From Octopus sinensis (taxonomy: Eukaryota), in contig NC_043015.1 of assembly GCF_006345805.1 (NCBI RefSeq), positions 46,934,001 through 46,998,000 on the forward strand: 64,000 nt of DNA. The letters run 5' to 3'. Shown here in pieces: positions 24,419-37,047 of this stretch. Both the position numbers and the translations under genes were made by a program. The stretch's first letter is position 1. Every line of letters starts with the position of its first letter. Under the pieces are notes generated by a model. It searched no databases and had not been told where the DNA came from. It saw nothing but the letters and a program-made list of their open reading frames with translations.

Positions 24419-24737
24419 ATTGCAGCGTGGAAGGTGTTTATAAGCCATTTAAGAAACATACAAAAGCTGTTCGATTCACTTCAACATTTAAGTTTAATTT
24501 GTCAAAATATTTTCGTCGCTAAAATCCACGACCTGTTCACTGACAAAAATCCGTGCTGGATTTTAGCGACGGATTTTAGCGACGTAAATATTTTGACAAA
24601 TTAAACTTAAATGTTGAAGTGAATTGAACGGCTTTTGTGTGTTTCTTAAATGGCTTACAAACACCTTCCACGCTGCAATTGTCTTCGTTCCAGCACACGA
24701 TCTCAGATCAAATCACTTGCTATGCGAGTACATCTCC
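24419..24737 (+). mobile_element. PLE-type insertion (inverted partial terminal repeat plus direct copy) interrupting the HERO RT
   Basis: 12-bp TSD AAGATTCATACA at 24407-24418 and 24738-24749. Removing the insert restores RQIIRFIQ|HNGYVNE. ~112-bp inverted arms at 24416-24527 and 24571-24682. Confidence 0.85.
24498..24547 (-). ncRNA. Minimal hammerhead-like motif with G3:C8 swapped core
   Basis: UUUGUCA GUGAACA G GUCG UGGAUUUUAG CGAC GAAA AUAU UU UGACAAA: 7-bp stem I, 4-5-bp stem II, palindromic AAUAUU stem III. Confidence 0.65.
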
Positions 24738-27700
24738 AAGATTCATACAGCATAACGGATATGTTAATGAAGCAATCCAAAAAGCAGGGATCCCTGGAAT
24801 CCCTGGGTGCATAGAACATGCATTTGCCATCTGGGAAGCCATCACCTGTGCAAAACAACTGAAGAAAAACCTGTACATTGTGTGGCTAGATCTTGCCAAT
24901 GCATATGAATCTGTTTCACACACACTAATTCAAGCAGCTATAGATTTCTTTTGGATTCCAGGAGATGTTCAACGAATGCTCATGTGTTACTACGACAACT
25001 TGAGAATGAGATTTACAGCAGGGAAGTTCACAACAGAGTGGTATTGCAGCTTGATGCACAATATCAGTCATCTTATTTGTGTTAGTCATGAAGATGTTAC
25101 AAAGATACCATTAAGGGCTTTTATGGATGATGTTACTGTATTATCAGAAAGTAGAGAAGCAGCAGATGGAATGTTAGAGCGGTTGGACGAACTGATAGGA
25201 TGGGCAAGAATGAAATTCAAAGCCAAAAAATCTCGAAGTGTGGCTTTCATGAAAGGAATGCAAGAAGAAGTGAAATTCAGGATAGGAGGTGAAGACATAC
25301 CAACAGTGAAAGAACAACTAGTAAAGAGTCTCCGCAGATGGTACAAAGATTTACTAAATGATAAAAAGCAAAGCAAAGAACCACATGATTTAGTGGAACA
25401 AGGACTAAAAGCAATTGATGGAACAACATTACCGGGAAAATTCAAAGGTTGGATACTGCAATTTGGACTGTACCTAAGGATAATGTGGCCACTGCAAATG
25501 TACGAAATAGCTTCGAGTAGAGTAGAAAGGATGGAACAAAGATGCGGTGTGTTTATCAGAAAATGGTGTGGTCTTCCAAAACCACTGAATACAACTGCAC
25601 TATATGGAAAACCCGTGCTGCAACTACCGATAACATCAATCGCCAAAGAATATAAGGCAGGAAAGGCAAGGACAGTAATGATTCTAAGGTATTCAAAAGA
25701 TCAGAGCATCCGAGAAAACCCTCCAAAAGTACGAACAGGGAGGAAATGGAATGCGGAAGAGGCAGTAAACAGGGTGATTGGAAAACTAAGGCACGCAGAT
25801 ATAGTTGGAGTGACGCAAGAAGCAAGAGCTGGTCTAGGGTTGCACAATTTCAGGCCATTTTGCAAGTGTAAAAGAGATGAAAGAGGCAGTGGTACACGAA
25901 GTGAGAAAGGAGGAAGAAGAAAGGCGAAACGTACATTTGGTGCAATGTAGTCAACAGGGACAGAGCCTGAGATGGGAGGAATATGTGGTCAGTCGCAGAA
26001 TCTCATAGAAGGAACTTTGGGTTTGGGAACAAGCAAGGACATTCTTCATGATCAAGTCTGCCTTCAACATTTTACCCTCACCAGCAAATTTAGTCCGGTG
26101 GAACATACAAACTGATGAATGTAGATGTGGAGAGAAAGCAACGGTGAGACATGTTCCGTCAAACTGCAGGCTAGCACTAGACAGATATACATGGCATCAC
26201 AATCAAGTACTTGGCGTCATAAGTGCAGCACTGAAGAAGATTGAGGGATATAATAGGGGTGAGTACCCAAAAGTGGAAAAGCACAGAAAAATATACTTCC
26301 ACAAGGAGGGAAAAGGATACAAAGCCAGGCTTTCAAATAAAATATATGAAACAGATGAAAGATGGAAGGGATACTAGGAGCTGGCCACGGATTTGGAAAA
26401 ACTGTTAATATTTCCACTCATAAAAATGACAAAAAGACCAGACTTAATCCTATGGAACAGAATAGAGAATCAGAATTTTGCTAGAGCTGACAGTGCCATG
26501 GGAAGAGAACATCACTAATGCAGAGCAACGGAAGGAGAAGAGGTACAAAAAATTAATAGAAGAGTGCAGAGAACAGGGATGAACTGTTGAGTATTACCAC
26601 CAGGCAGTGAGGGCTAGAGGCTTCATTGAAAGGAAAATGACAACGTTATTCAAAATAAGGTTTGCATTTTTGAGCTCAGGAGTGAGAAAAGTAATAAGGA
26701 TACAGGAGACAGTCGAAAAAGCTAGCTTCTATATATGGCTGAAGTGAGAAGACCAAAAATTGCTTGAAAGCCATAACATGCCGGTTGGGAAATAGCTATT
26801 TCTTTACTACCCACAAGGGGCTAAACACAGAGGGGACAAACAAGGACAGACAAACGGATTAAGTCAATTACATCGACGCCAGTGCGTAACTGGTACTTAA
26901 TTTATTTAACCCCGAAAGGATGAAAGGCAAAGTCGACCTCGGCGGAACTTGAACTCAGAACGTAGCGACAGACGAAATACTGCTAAGCATTTCGCCCCCC
27001 CCCCGGGCGTGCTAACGATTCTACCAGCATCGCTAGGTGAGACTGGCTGACACTTAAGCAGCATTGCTGACTGACAAGTGGTGGTCTTGTTCATGGCACC
27101 CCCTCCTCCTGGTTCAATGCTTGTACCACCAAACAGCTGGTTGGTTCTGGCTGCTGGAACTGAAACTAACATGATACTGTTGGAAGGCAGGTTTAGAGAG
27201 GGTGTGGGCTAAGATTATGTGCCCTTCCCCTTCATTAGTCAGTGGAAGTTTAGACAGTGTTACATAACAACTAGCTGGTGCTGGCAGCTACCAGCAAGTA
27301 TTTAAAGGGAAATTAGGCAGGATGGTCAGTTGCCCACTGACACTCATTCACGTTGCATTGAAGAGGCCAGGGAAAAGAAAAAAGAAGGAGAAAGAAGAAA
27401 TGCACTCAAAACCAGAGCTGAAGACACCTCCAAAGTGGGGGGTGCCATGTCAAAAACGGTAGAGGAGTAAAGGCTGAAACCAGCCGTGGTTCCTCCTGAT
27501 AATGTCTTTAGCCACTGGATCCTATAAAGGAGCTGTCGAGGTAGCAAACCAAGAAATGTGGTTGGAATTGCCCCTTATATTTTCTACTCTGAACAAACTA
27601 TTAAGCTTATAACAAAGATATTCCCCTTAGAAGACTTCTAAGATCAACTTCTATAGAGGCGTACCTTCTTAAAGCATATACATAAAATCATGCTATACAC

Positions 27701-28489
27701 TGGAACAGTCTGACCATGAAATTAATGATGTCCAAGTGGCTGAGTACTCCATAGACATGCATTGTTTGTTCCTTCTCGAGCCATACCTGGCTCATAAGGG
27801 CTGGTTTCCCGGTTTCCTTGGTGTGTAGGTTCCCCACCTGGACAGGACGCTGGTCCGTTGCAGGTGAGCTGCAAGATGCAGGTGGAAAGAGTGAGAGAAA
27901 GTTGTGGCAAAAGAGTCAGCAGAAGTTCACCATTACCTTCTGCCAGAGTTGCGTGGAGCTTAGGTATTTTGCTCATAAACACATGTATCGCCCGGTCTGA
28001 GATTCGAATCTGCGACCCCTCGACCACAAGCCCGGTGCTCTAACCACTAGGTCATGTGCCTCCATTTGATCTTGATCATAGACATGCATACTTTTAATGC
28101 AGTTCTCAGGGAGATGCAGTGTGACATAGAATGTGACAAGGCCGACCCCTTGAAATACAGGTAACACTCACCTTTGCCAGCTGAGTGGACTGGGGTAACA
28201 TAAAATAAAGAATCTTGTCAGAAGACACAAATTTCCACCGGAAATTGAACTCAACACCTTATCCTTGTGAGCTGAACATGTACGCTAACCAATAAGCCAT
28301 GCACCTTCACACAATATGTAAATCACGAGGATATTTAGAAAAGTTTATAGAGATGGATGTTGTTTATTTTTGGTAATTCTTAAATTTTCATCCCAGTATA
28401 TGTTTAAGGGCTGGCTATGGGTGTAAGTGTAAAGGAGGAGGGGTGCTAAGGAAAAGGAACAAAATATAATTCTGTTAATTCCAGTACTC

Positions 28490-29101
28490 TTTACTCTTTT
28501 ACTTGTTTCAGCCATTTGACTGTGGCCATGGTGGAGCACCACCTTTAGTCGAGCAACTTGACCCCAGGACTTATTTTTTGTAAGCCTAGTACTTATTATA
28601 GGCGCAGGAGTGGCTGTGTGGTAAGTAGCTTGTTTACCAACCACATGGTTCCGGGTTCAATCTCACTGCGTGGCACCTTGGGCAAGTGTCTTCTACTATA
28701 GCATTGGGCTGACCAAAGCCTTGTGAGTGGATTTGGTAGACGGAAACTGAGAGAAGCCCGTCGTATATATGTATATATATGCGTGTGTGTGTTTGTGTGT
28801 CTGTGTTTGTCCCCCTAGCATTGCTTGACATCTGATACTGGTGTGTTTATGTCCCCGTTACTTAGTGGTTTGGCAAAAGAGGCCGATAGAATAAGTACTG
28901 GGCTTACAATAGTCCCGGGGTCGAGTTGCTCGATTAAAGGCGGTGCTCCAGCATGGCCGCAGTCAAATGACTGAAACAAGTAAAAGAGTAAAAGAGAGAG
29001 TATTCTATTAGTCTCTCTTTTGCCGAACCACTAAGTTACGGGGACGTAAACACAGCAGCATCAGTTGTCAATCGATGCTGGGGGTAGAAACACAGACACA
29101 C

Positions 29102-29134
<33 letters not shown>

Positions 29135-29320
29135 ATATATATATATATATACACACACACATGATGGACTTCTTTCAGTTTCCGTCTACCAAATCCACTC
29201 ACAAGGCTTTGGTTGGCCCAAAGCTATAGCTGAAGACATTTGCCCAAGGTGCCACGCAGTGGGACTGAACCCAGAACCATGTGGTTGCTAAGCAAGCTAC
29301 TTACCAAACAGCCACTCCTG
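28490..29320. mobile_element. SINE family C (plus, 28601-28998) nested in opposite orientation inside another family C copy (minus)
   Basis: The minus copy is split at TACTTATT|CTAT into 28490-28600 and 29001-29320. Confidence 0.75.
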
Positions 29321-29899
29321 ACCCTTTTTTATTTTATTTCATATAATTTTTATCAGATTTTTATGTTTTCAACAGAAGAATGCAGGGTAAGGGATGGGCG
29401 TAAAAATGTCAAAATTTAATTTTGTTTTTTGACCTCCTCCATTTTTTAATTTTTTTTTTTTGATATTTGATAACAGCTAAATAAGAATAATTTGTTATTT
29501 GGAATACATATATCAGTTTTAATAACCTTGCCTGAATTGTAAAAAAACACATTTTATCTTGGCAAAAAAATAAAATAAATGAATACAAAATAGAATCATT
29601 TCAGTTATAATATCAACAGTGTCGTTTCAAATAACATGGAATTTTATTGGGTGTTGAACAAGAGGCAGTTTATTCTTTTATTCTTGTTTCAGTCATTTGA
29701 CTATGGCCATGTTGGAGCACCGCCTTTAGTCGAGCAAATCGACCCCAGGACTTATTCTTTGTAAGCCTAGTACTTATTCTATCAGTCTCTCTTAGTGAAC
29801 CACTAAGTGATGGGGACGTAAACACACAAGCATCGGTTGTCAAGCGATATTGGGGGGACAAACAGACACACAAACATACATACATACATATATATAGTT

Positions 29900-30095
29900 A
29901 ATCCAAACATGAAAACACAACAACGCGAGGACGTGGAACAAGTATAGTATTATTGGACGCTCAGGAAAGAAGGAAAGGAGGATTTAATGTTTCGAGCGGA
30001 GCTCTTTGTCAGAAACATAGGAAAAGGAAAGATCCAAAGAAGGGAAGATGGAGGGAAAAAAATCGCCAACGGTACACACGTGGTCACATTTTGAA
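29900..30095 (-). mobile_element. PLE-type terminal repeat with a decayed hammerhead (29983-30015), inserted in a SINE
   Basis: UUU CUGACAA A GAGC UCC GCUC GAAA CA UU AAA. The two CG>CA changes look like CpG decay of a canonical CUGACGA...GAAACGUU core. Confidence 0.55.
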
Positions 30096-31784
30096 TATAT
30101 AAATACATACGATGGGCTTCTTTCAGTTTCCGTCTACCAAATCCACTCACAAGGCTTTGGTTGACCCGAGGCTATAGTAGAAGACACTTGCCCAAGGTGC
30201 CATGCAGTGGGACTGAACCCGGAAAGCAACTTACGACACAGCCACTTCACAGTTTTTCTACCTTAGTAGTTTAACTACAAAAGTAGATCAAATGGTGGTC
30301 TTACAAAAAAGCTAATTCTTAAATTCCACATTTCCTTTCTTTTTTTTTTTTCTTCATAAAGCATTGACAAAACTGGTAATCTTTCTATTGTGGTACAAAG
30401 AAAAATGGCAAAACCAAAATGAAATAACTGGAAGGAAACAAATAATTGCAACAGGTTTTGTTATTGTTAGAACATTCAAACTCCATGAGAAAGTGCATTA
30501 TGCTTCACTATAATCAAACATGAAGTAATCTATTTATTGCTTCTACCTTTTATTTACTTGTGAACATCATGTGTACAAAAAGGCATACAAAAGGTTGTTT
30601 GAAGCAGTCAGTTATTCAACAGTGGTAAAGGGAGAATGACAATGGTAAAGCTCACACGCACGTGATAAAATGTGTGTCTGCTAAGGAAGAGCTGCTTGCA
30701 AGAAAGTGAACAATACATTACATGTGGAAGCCAAAGTAACTGACCCCTCCTTAATGTTCTGTGAAGGTTTGTATTTATATCTTATTTCTTTATTGCCCAC
30801 AGAGGGGAAAACAAGGACAGACAAAGGGATTAAGTCGATTACATCGACCCCAGTGCGTAACTGGTACTTAATTTATCGACTCCGAAAGGATGAAAGGCAA
30901 AGTCGACCTCGGCAGAATTTGAACTCGGAACGTAAAGACAGACGAAATACCTATTTCTTTACTACCCACAAGGGGCTAAACACAGAGAGGACAAACAAAG
31001 ACAGACAAACAGATTAAGTTGATTATATCGACCCCAGTGCGTAACTGGTACTTAATTTATCGACCTCGAAAGGATGAAAGACAAAGTCAACCTTGGCAGA
31101 ATTTGAAATCAGAACGTAGCGGCAGACGAAATTCCGCCAAGCATTTCACCCGGCATGCTAACGTTTCTGCCAGCTCATCTATTGGAAAGCTGAATGCATG
31201 TTGGAGAACAATAGAAAGTAAATTTCCTTATCCATGTTATTAACCTGCTTTTGACCTAAGAATGTTAACTCAAACAAAAGAGCCAGAATAAGTATGACAA
31301 GTGCCCTATAAATTCGGGCACATGGCCTAGTGATTAGGGTGTTGCAATCATGATCGCGGGATCATGGTTTCAATTCCTAGACTGGGTGATGCATTATGTA
31401 TCCGAGGTCGACTTTGCCTTTCATCCTTTCGGGGTCGATAAATAAAGTACCAGTTTCGTGTTGGGGTCGATGTAATCGACCTAATCCCTTTGTCTGTCCT
31501 TGTTTGTCCCCTCTATGTTTAGCCCCTTGTGGGTAGTAAAGAAATATATAAATTCGTAATACTAATGCTGAGAACAACGGTGAGGGTGCGGGGGAAGGAT
31601 CTTGTAGAAAAATCTAGGCTAAGGTTTCAAATCCTGACTAAAAATTTTAGAATCAATTTCTTACATAATCAATAATCTGCAATGATAAGTAAGTACGTCT
31701 ATGAATAAAGGTACAGCAGACATAACCATCTTGTTATTTTGTTGGTGTATCTACAGACTTGGAGAAGTTGTTGGTGTATCTACA

Positions 31785-32385
31785 GACAATGGAGAAGTTC
31801 TTAAGCAGATCAGGCCGAAAATGTCGCTAGAAGCTAGGATCACCAAGCATAGAATGGCATATTTTGGTCATGTTATGCGGAGAAAATCCCTGGAGAAGGA
31901 CACCATGCTCGGATTGGTCAGTGGCAAGAGAGGAAGAGGCCAACCAAGAACCCGCTGGCTTGACACCAGCAAGAGGGATACCGGAATGGACATAGCCAAT
32001 CTGAAAGAAGCGGCCCAGGATAGAATTGACTGGAGGACACTGATCCAACGAGTGACCGAGAGTCGACTTCGACTTCGACTGAGCGGATAGAGACAGAAGT
32101 ATTGTACATATATACCGTCAGTTGTTAAAGGTGAAAAATATGTGTTCAGAGAAAGCGATGGGGGGGAAGATAAACTATTGGAGAAGGACATCATGCTCGG
32201 AATGGTCAGTGGCAAGAGAGGAAGAAGCCGATCAAGAACCCGCTGGCTTGACACCATCAGGAGTGATACCAGAATGGACATAGCCAATCTGAAGGAAGCG
32301 GCCCAGGATAGATCTGACTGGAGGACACTGATCCAATGAGTGACCGAGAGTCGACTTCGACTGAGCGGATAGATAGATAGATCTA
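31785..32385 (+). mobile_element. Two tandem RTE (BovB-like) 3' fragments with (GATA)n tail
   Basis: SLEARITKHRMAYFGHVMRR.SLEKDTMLG.VSGKRGRG.PRTRWLD...QDR.DWR, present twice. Confidence 0.9.
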
Positions 32386-32948
32386 CAGACTATATTATTC
32401 ATTGTGTATTTTCCTTTTGCAAGATGTTGTTGTGATGACTGTGGTGATAGTTGTGATCATTAGGGGTAGTATATAGCCCCAACCCGACCCCAATTGAGCA
32501 AACTTATTAAAAAAAGGCTTTCCACCTGTGACTATTACTGTCTCTTTGTTTTCGTTTAGCTTCAGGCATGGGCAAGGATGTATGGTTTGACAAGAAGAAT
32601 TTGATAGAATAAGTACCAAGCTTAAAATAAAATAAGTACTGGGACCGGTTTGTTTGGCTAAACCCTTCAAGGTGCTGCTCAATAATGGTCCAAGTCTAAT
32701 GACTGAAACAAGTAAAAGATAAACCAACACAGGTTGTCAAGCAGTGGTGCAGAACAAACACAAACACATACACATGTGTGCGTGTATATATAGTGTATAC
32801 ATACATATATATATATATATACATATATATATAATATAATATATATATATAAAGGGAAAGTTTATGAAAATAAACAAAAGACGAAGGCAGGTGGAGTACA
32901 AACAAACAAATGTATTAGTATAGCGCTCAGGAATAGAAATAGAAAAAG

Positions 32949-32986
32949 TCTTTTACGTTTCGAGCCTATGCTCTTCAACAGAAAGA
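32949..32986 (-). ncRNA. Minimal hammerhead-like motif, A6U core (PLE terminal repeat ~32850-33025)
   Basis: Identical to 20398-20435. Confidence 0.7.
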
Positions 32987-34426
32987 TACACAGAAAAAAA
33001 CAAGGAGAGAAACAAGGAGAGAAAAAAATGAATGCAGGAGCTAATGATCTATCATTAGCATCATCGTCGTTTAACATCTGCTTTCCATGCTGGCATGGGT
33101 TGGACGGTTTGATTGAGGACTGGTGAACCAGATGGCTGCACTAGGCTCCAATCTGATCTGGCAGAGTTTCTACAGTTGGATGTCCTTCATAATGCCAACC
33201 ACTCTGAGAGTGTAGTGGGTGCTTTTATGTGCCACTGGCACAAGGGCCAGTCACGCAGTTCTGGCAACGACCATGCTCAAAAGGTGCTTTTTACATGCTA
33301 CCTGCACGAGAGCCAGGCCAGTGGCAACAACTACGCTCAAATGTTGTTTTTCACGTGTCACCGGCACACGTGCCAGTAAGGTAACACTGGCAACGATCAC
33401 ACTCGAATGGTGCTTTTTATGTCCCACCAGCATGGGAGCCAATCAGCGGCCCTGGCAACACTTATGCTTGGATGGTGCCTTTAATGTTCCACTGGCACGA
33501 GTGCCAATCAGGTGGTACTGTCATTGGCCACATCAGTGGGGATTTCTTAACAACAATGTAACCTTCATATAATTAAGTTATCCTTGGCCTAATGAATAGC
33601 GAGCAGAGTACCCCTTGTTGAGTAATTATTTCCAAGGATCTGCTAGATAGGAAACATATGTAGGCTAGATTTCACCTGCTCCACTCCATCAATTTGGATT
33701 TGTATTTGCATTCATAACAACTCTTGTTGCTAACTGTGAACTATAAAAAATACTTTTCACAGCTTACTGAACTTTGATATGGGGAAAGTCTACAACCTTC
33801 GGTGTCAATAAATCATTATTGTTCCTGAAAGTTGTTTTTCATATCTATCATGGACTACTTGAAGCTTATTAATGTCCAACAAGTAGATCACTGGATCTTA
33901 CAATTACATATCAATAGTATATATATCGTCAATAATTCATATATCCAAAAAAATAGTCCAACGATGGCTTAGCTAGTCGACACTTCGAAGTCACTGTCAA
34001 CAACGTCCTAACGTCCTTCTTTAAGAAAATTATATATATATAATTATATATATATAGAAAATTATATGGCGTTCTTTTGGTATAAGTACCGGATACATTT
34101 CAAGAAAGTGTTTTTTTTATATATGGGGGGTTAGGGTTAGGGTTAGCGTTAGGGGTGGGAGAAAAGGGTTTCTGTTATCTTCAGAAATGTAAACAAACCC
34201 AATATATATATATATATATAATTCAGCTGAATTTTCTTGAGAACAATTTTTTCTTAGTGGTCAGACCATATGGGGTCTACCTCTAGCATAATGGATGTCC
34301 ACTTAGTGGTCATCCCCCTTATATGTATGTAATATAATTTTCCTGAATCTTCAGATTTTTCAATATGCTAGGCCACTGGTTTTAAATTGATATTAATCAA
34401 ATCAATATTCAATTTTTCACCCTTAT

Positions 34427-34461
<35 letters not shown>

Positions 34462-34556
34462 TGGTTGTATACTGTCAACTTAACGTGACAGTCCCTTATG
34501 AGAATTACACACCGCTGTTTAGCCCTAGGAAGCATCGAACGCTTCTTGTCGGCTTT

Positions 34557-34635
<79 letters not shown>

Positions 34636-35228
34636 ACATTATGTGTCCCCATTTCTGCTGACTTTGTTACCTCATAACTTTGCAAAAAATGGATCTCAGG
34701 GTGTAAATGGTTACGACTGAGGACTTTGAAGCTAATGATTCACCTTCGTTTTAATAACAGAATCTCAGCATATCCACAGCCTCTGGTTGAAACAAGTCTA
34801 AACATATAGACAAAAGAATATATTTAAAAAAAAAAAACGAAGATTAAAAAACAGAAATAATACATTTCTAAATCTCCAATTCTACATAATATATATATAA
34901 CGTATTTTACTTCACTTCCGTAATAAATCATCCATATTATTAAACAGATACACACACATACAGGCCCTTATGTCCATTGTTTTCGACAATGAGTATTCCA
35001 CTGCATCGATCTACAGAAGTTCATAGCTGTATTATCACACTCTGATTATTCAAAAGAGATTTATTCCTATAACGTAAACACCAAACAGACTCCAGCGTAG
35101 CTAGAGTGTCTGCCAACCGGAGCGGTCCTTCAGTTGGCCGGCCCTGGACCCCCACAAAAATACATATTGCCTACAGCAGTCCCAAAAGTTGTGTCACTCC
35201 CATAAAAGTGTCAACCGGAGCAGACCTC

Positions 35229-35654
35229 GGATCTTTTCGGTTTGACCGGCAGTTTTTTTAAAGTAATTTCCACGTAACTAAACACTTTTAAACTTCGTAT
35301 ACTGGTAGAATGTTTACATAAAACATCTTTTTCTCTTGGCTTTATTGAGAAAATTCTATAGTTTGTAAGATATTTGTTGTTGTTTTTTCTTCAATTTCTG
35401 CAATTTCAACCAATCACTGACGTCTATTGAGGTAAAAAACAACAACATTCTGTGCCGTATGAATATGTCCCTTGTTTAAAAAACAGATTGGGTTTATTTA
35501 CATTTGTGAAGAAAAAAAGATACCCTTCCCCATACCCCTTACCCTAACCCTAAAACAGATTGAAATGCAATAGATCGATACTAGGGTCATAATTATGGGT
35601 GACAATTTCATATGACACAGCTAGAAAAAACTGCCGTTCAAACCGAAAAGATCC
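35229..35654 (-). mobile_element. (TTAGGG)n-containing MITE, complete
   Basis: GGATCTTTTC...GAAAAGATCC TIRs; TSD CAGACCTC at 35221-35228 and 35655-35662. Confidence 0.9.
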
Positions 35655-36647
35655 CAGACCTCCACCTTCAGCTACGTTAGTGCAAACAGAGTCTGTATGA
35701 GACAGTATCACAAGGTCGAGCCTTTAATTACACCTACACTTTACACAACGGATTTGGCTCAGTTGCTGCCCACGGCTGATTGCACGCATAGTAGTATCAG
35801 CAACACAGTATCAAATATGTGAAGAGCAGTCGGAAGTAAATCTGAAGAGGAGCCTAAGGTTTAGGATGCCCTTTTTCCTAGGAACCTCCCTCTTGTCCAG
35901 AATATCAAACTATTGGAAGCAGGCCAGAAATGTACAACCAAATGAATACTCTCCGCCAAATCACCATATCTTGAATGTGTTGCTCCTCCTGACATTGACA
36001 CACTAAAGTTTCGACACCTTGTAGCTGACTTGGAAAAACCCCACAAAATTATCCACCATTTTACCAACAACTTTAGACTAACTTCTTAAACTAGATATCC
36101 CTAACCTCTATATCCCGTGAACTTGCTTATAAAATAAAAATAATAAAGATGATGATGATTTCTTTATTAACCACAAAGGGTCTACATTAAGAAAAATATT
36201 ATAGACAATGCAGAACAATACAAATGTGTGTATGTATGTGTGTTGTGAGGGTTTTACGTGGAAATTCCTTCACGTTCAAAATTGTTGAAGTATGGAATAA
36301 ACTACCCATGTTCGTCGTTAGATGTCAGGTTATCAAATCCTTTAAAAATACCATGCTTCCTGAATTTCGTTAGCATTTCTTTTGGTGTGTGGCCCTTTCA
36401 TTTTTGCTTACTTGACTTTCTGTCCCACCCTTTCCCGACGAGTTGTAGCGCACCAGTTGAAGGATCTAGTATTTTACAGAGATAAAATTATTGTTAAAAT
36501 ATAGGAAGAGAATTTTTTTTTTCCATATGGGATTCCCAAATAGTAGAAAACCTCAAAAGTGAGTAACTAAATACCTCACTGCTCAATTGAACACACAACT
36601 CAGATCTAACGTTTACAACCAAATCGCTACAAACATTGGCTACAGTT

Positions 36648-36732
36648 ATGATAGATAGATAGATAGATAGATAGACAGATAGATAGATAGAAAGATAGAT
36701 AGATAAATAGATAGATAGACAGATAGATAGGT

Positions 36733-36763
<31 letters not shown>

Positions 36764-36828
36764 CAGATAGATAGGTAGAAAGATAGATAGATAGATAGAT
36801 AGACAGATAGACAGATAGATAGGTAGAA

Positions 36829-36915
<87 letters not shown>

Positions 36916-36992
36916 CAGACAGATAGATAGATAGATAGACAGACAGATAGATAGATAAACAGATAGATAGAGAAATAGATAGATAGATAGAT

Positions 36993-37046
<54 letters not shown>
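36648..37046. repeat. (GATA/GACA)n followed by (GA)n microsatellite
   Basis: Directly visible; it explains the LSIY-repeat ORFs. Confidence 0.95.

Positions 37047-37047
<1 letters not shown>

Larger units (their letters stand above)
23470..26790 (+). mobile_element. HERO-like non-LTR retrotransposon (RT + CCHC + restriction-like endonuclease), degenerate
   Basis: IQKAGIPGIPGCIEH, VWLDLANAYESVSH, RAFMDDVTV and PGKFKGWILQFG in ORF 24637..25950; CRCGEKATVRH..SNC..RYTWHHNQVL in ORF 26048..26377; KRPDLILW and ELTVPWEE at ~26430-26510. Confidence 0.85.

Noticed and set aside
27030-27700. GC-richer unique segment, possibly a LINE 5' end or exon
   Set aside because: No sustained frame or identifiable motif.
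35820-36090. Plus-strand frame DALFPRNLPLVQNIKLL...PDIDTLKFRHLV
   Set aside because: It has an internal stop, no recognisable motif and no splice signals; it may be a LINE ORF1 relic but this is unsupported.
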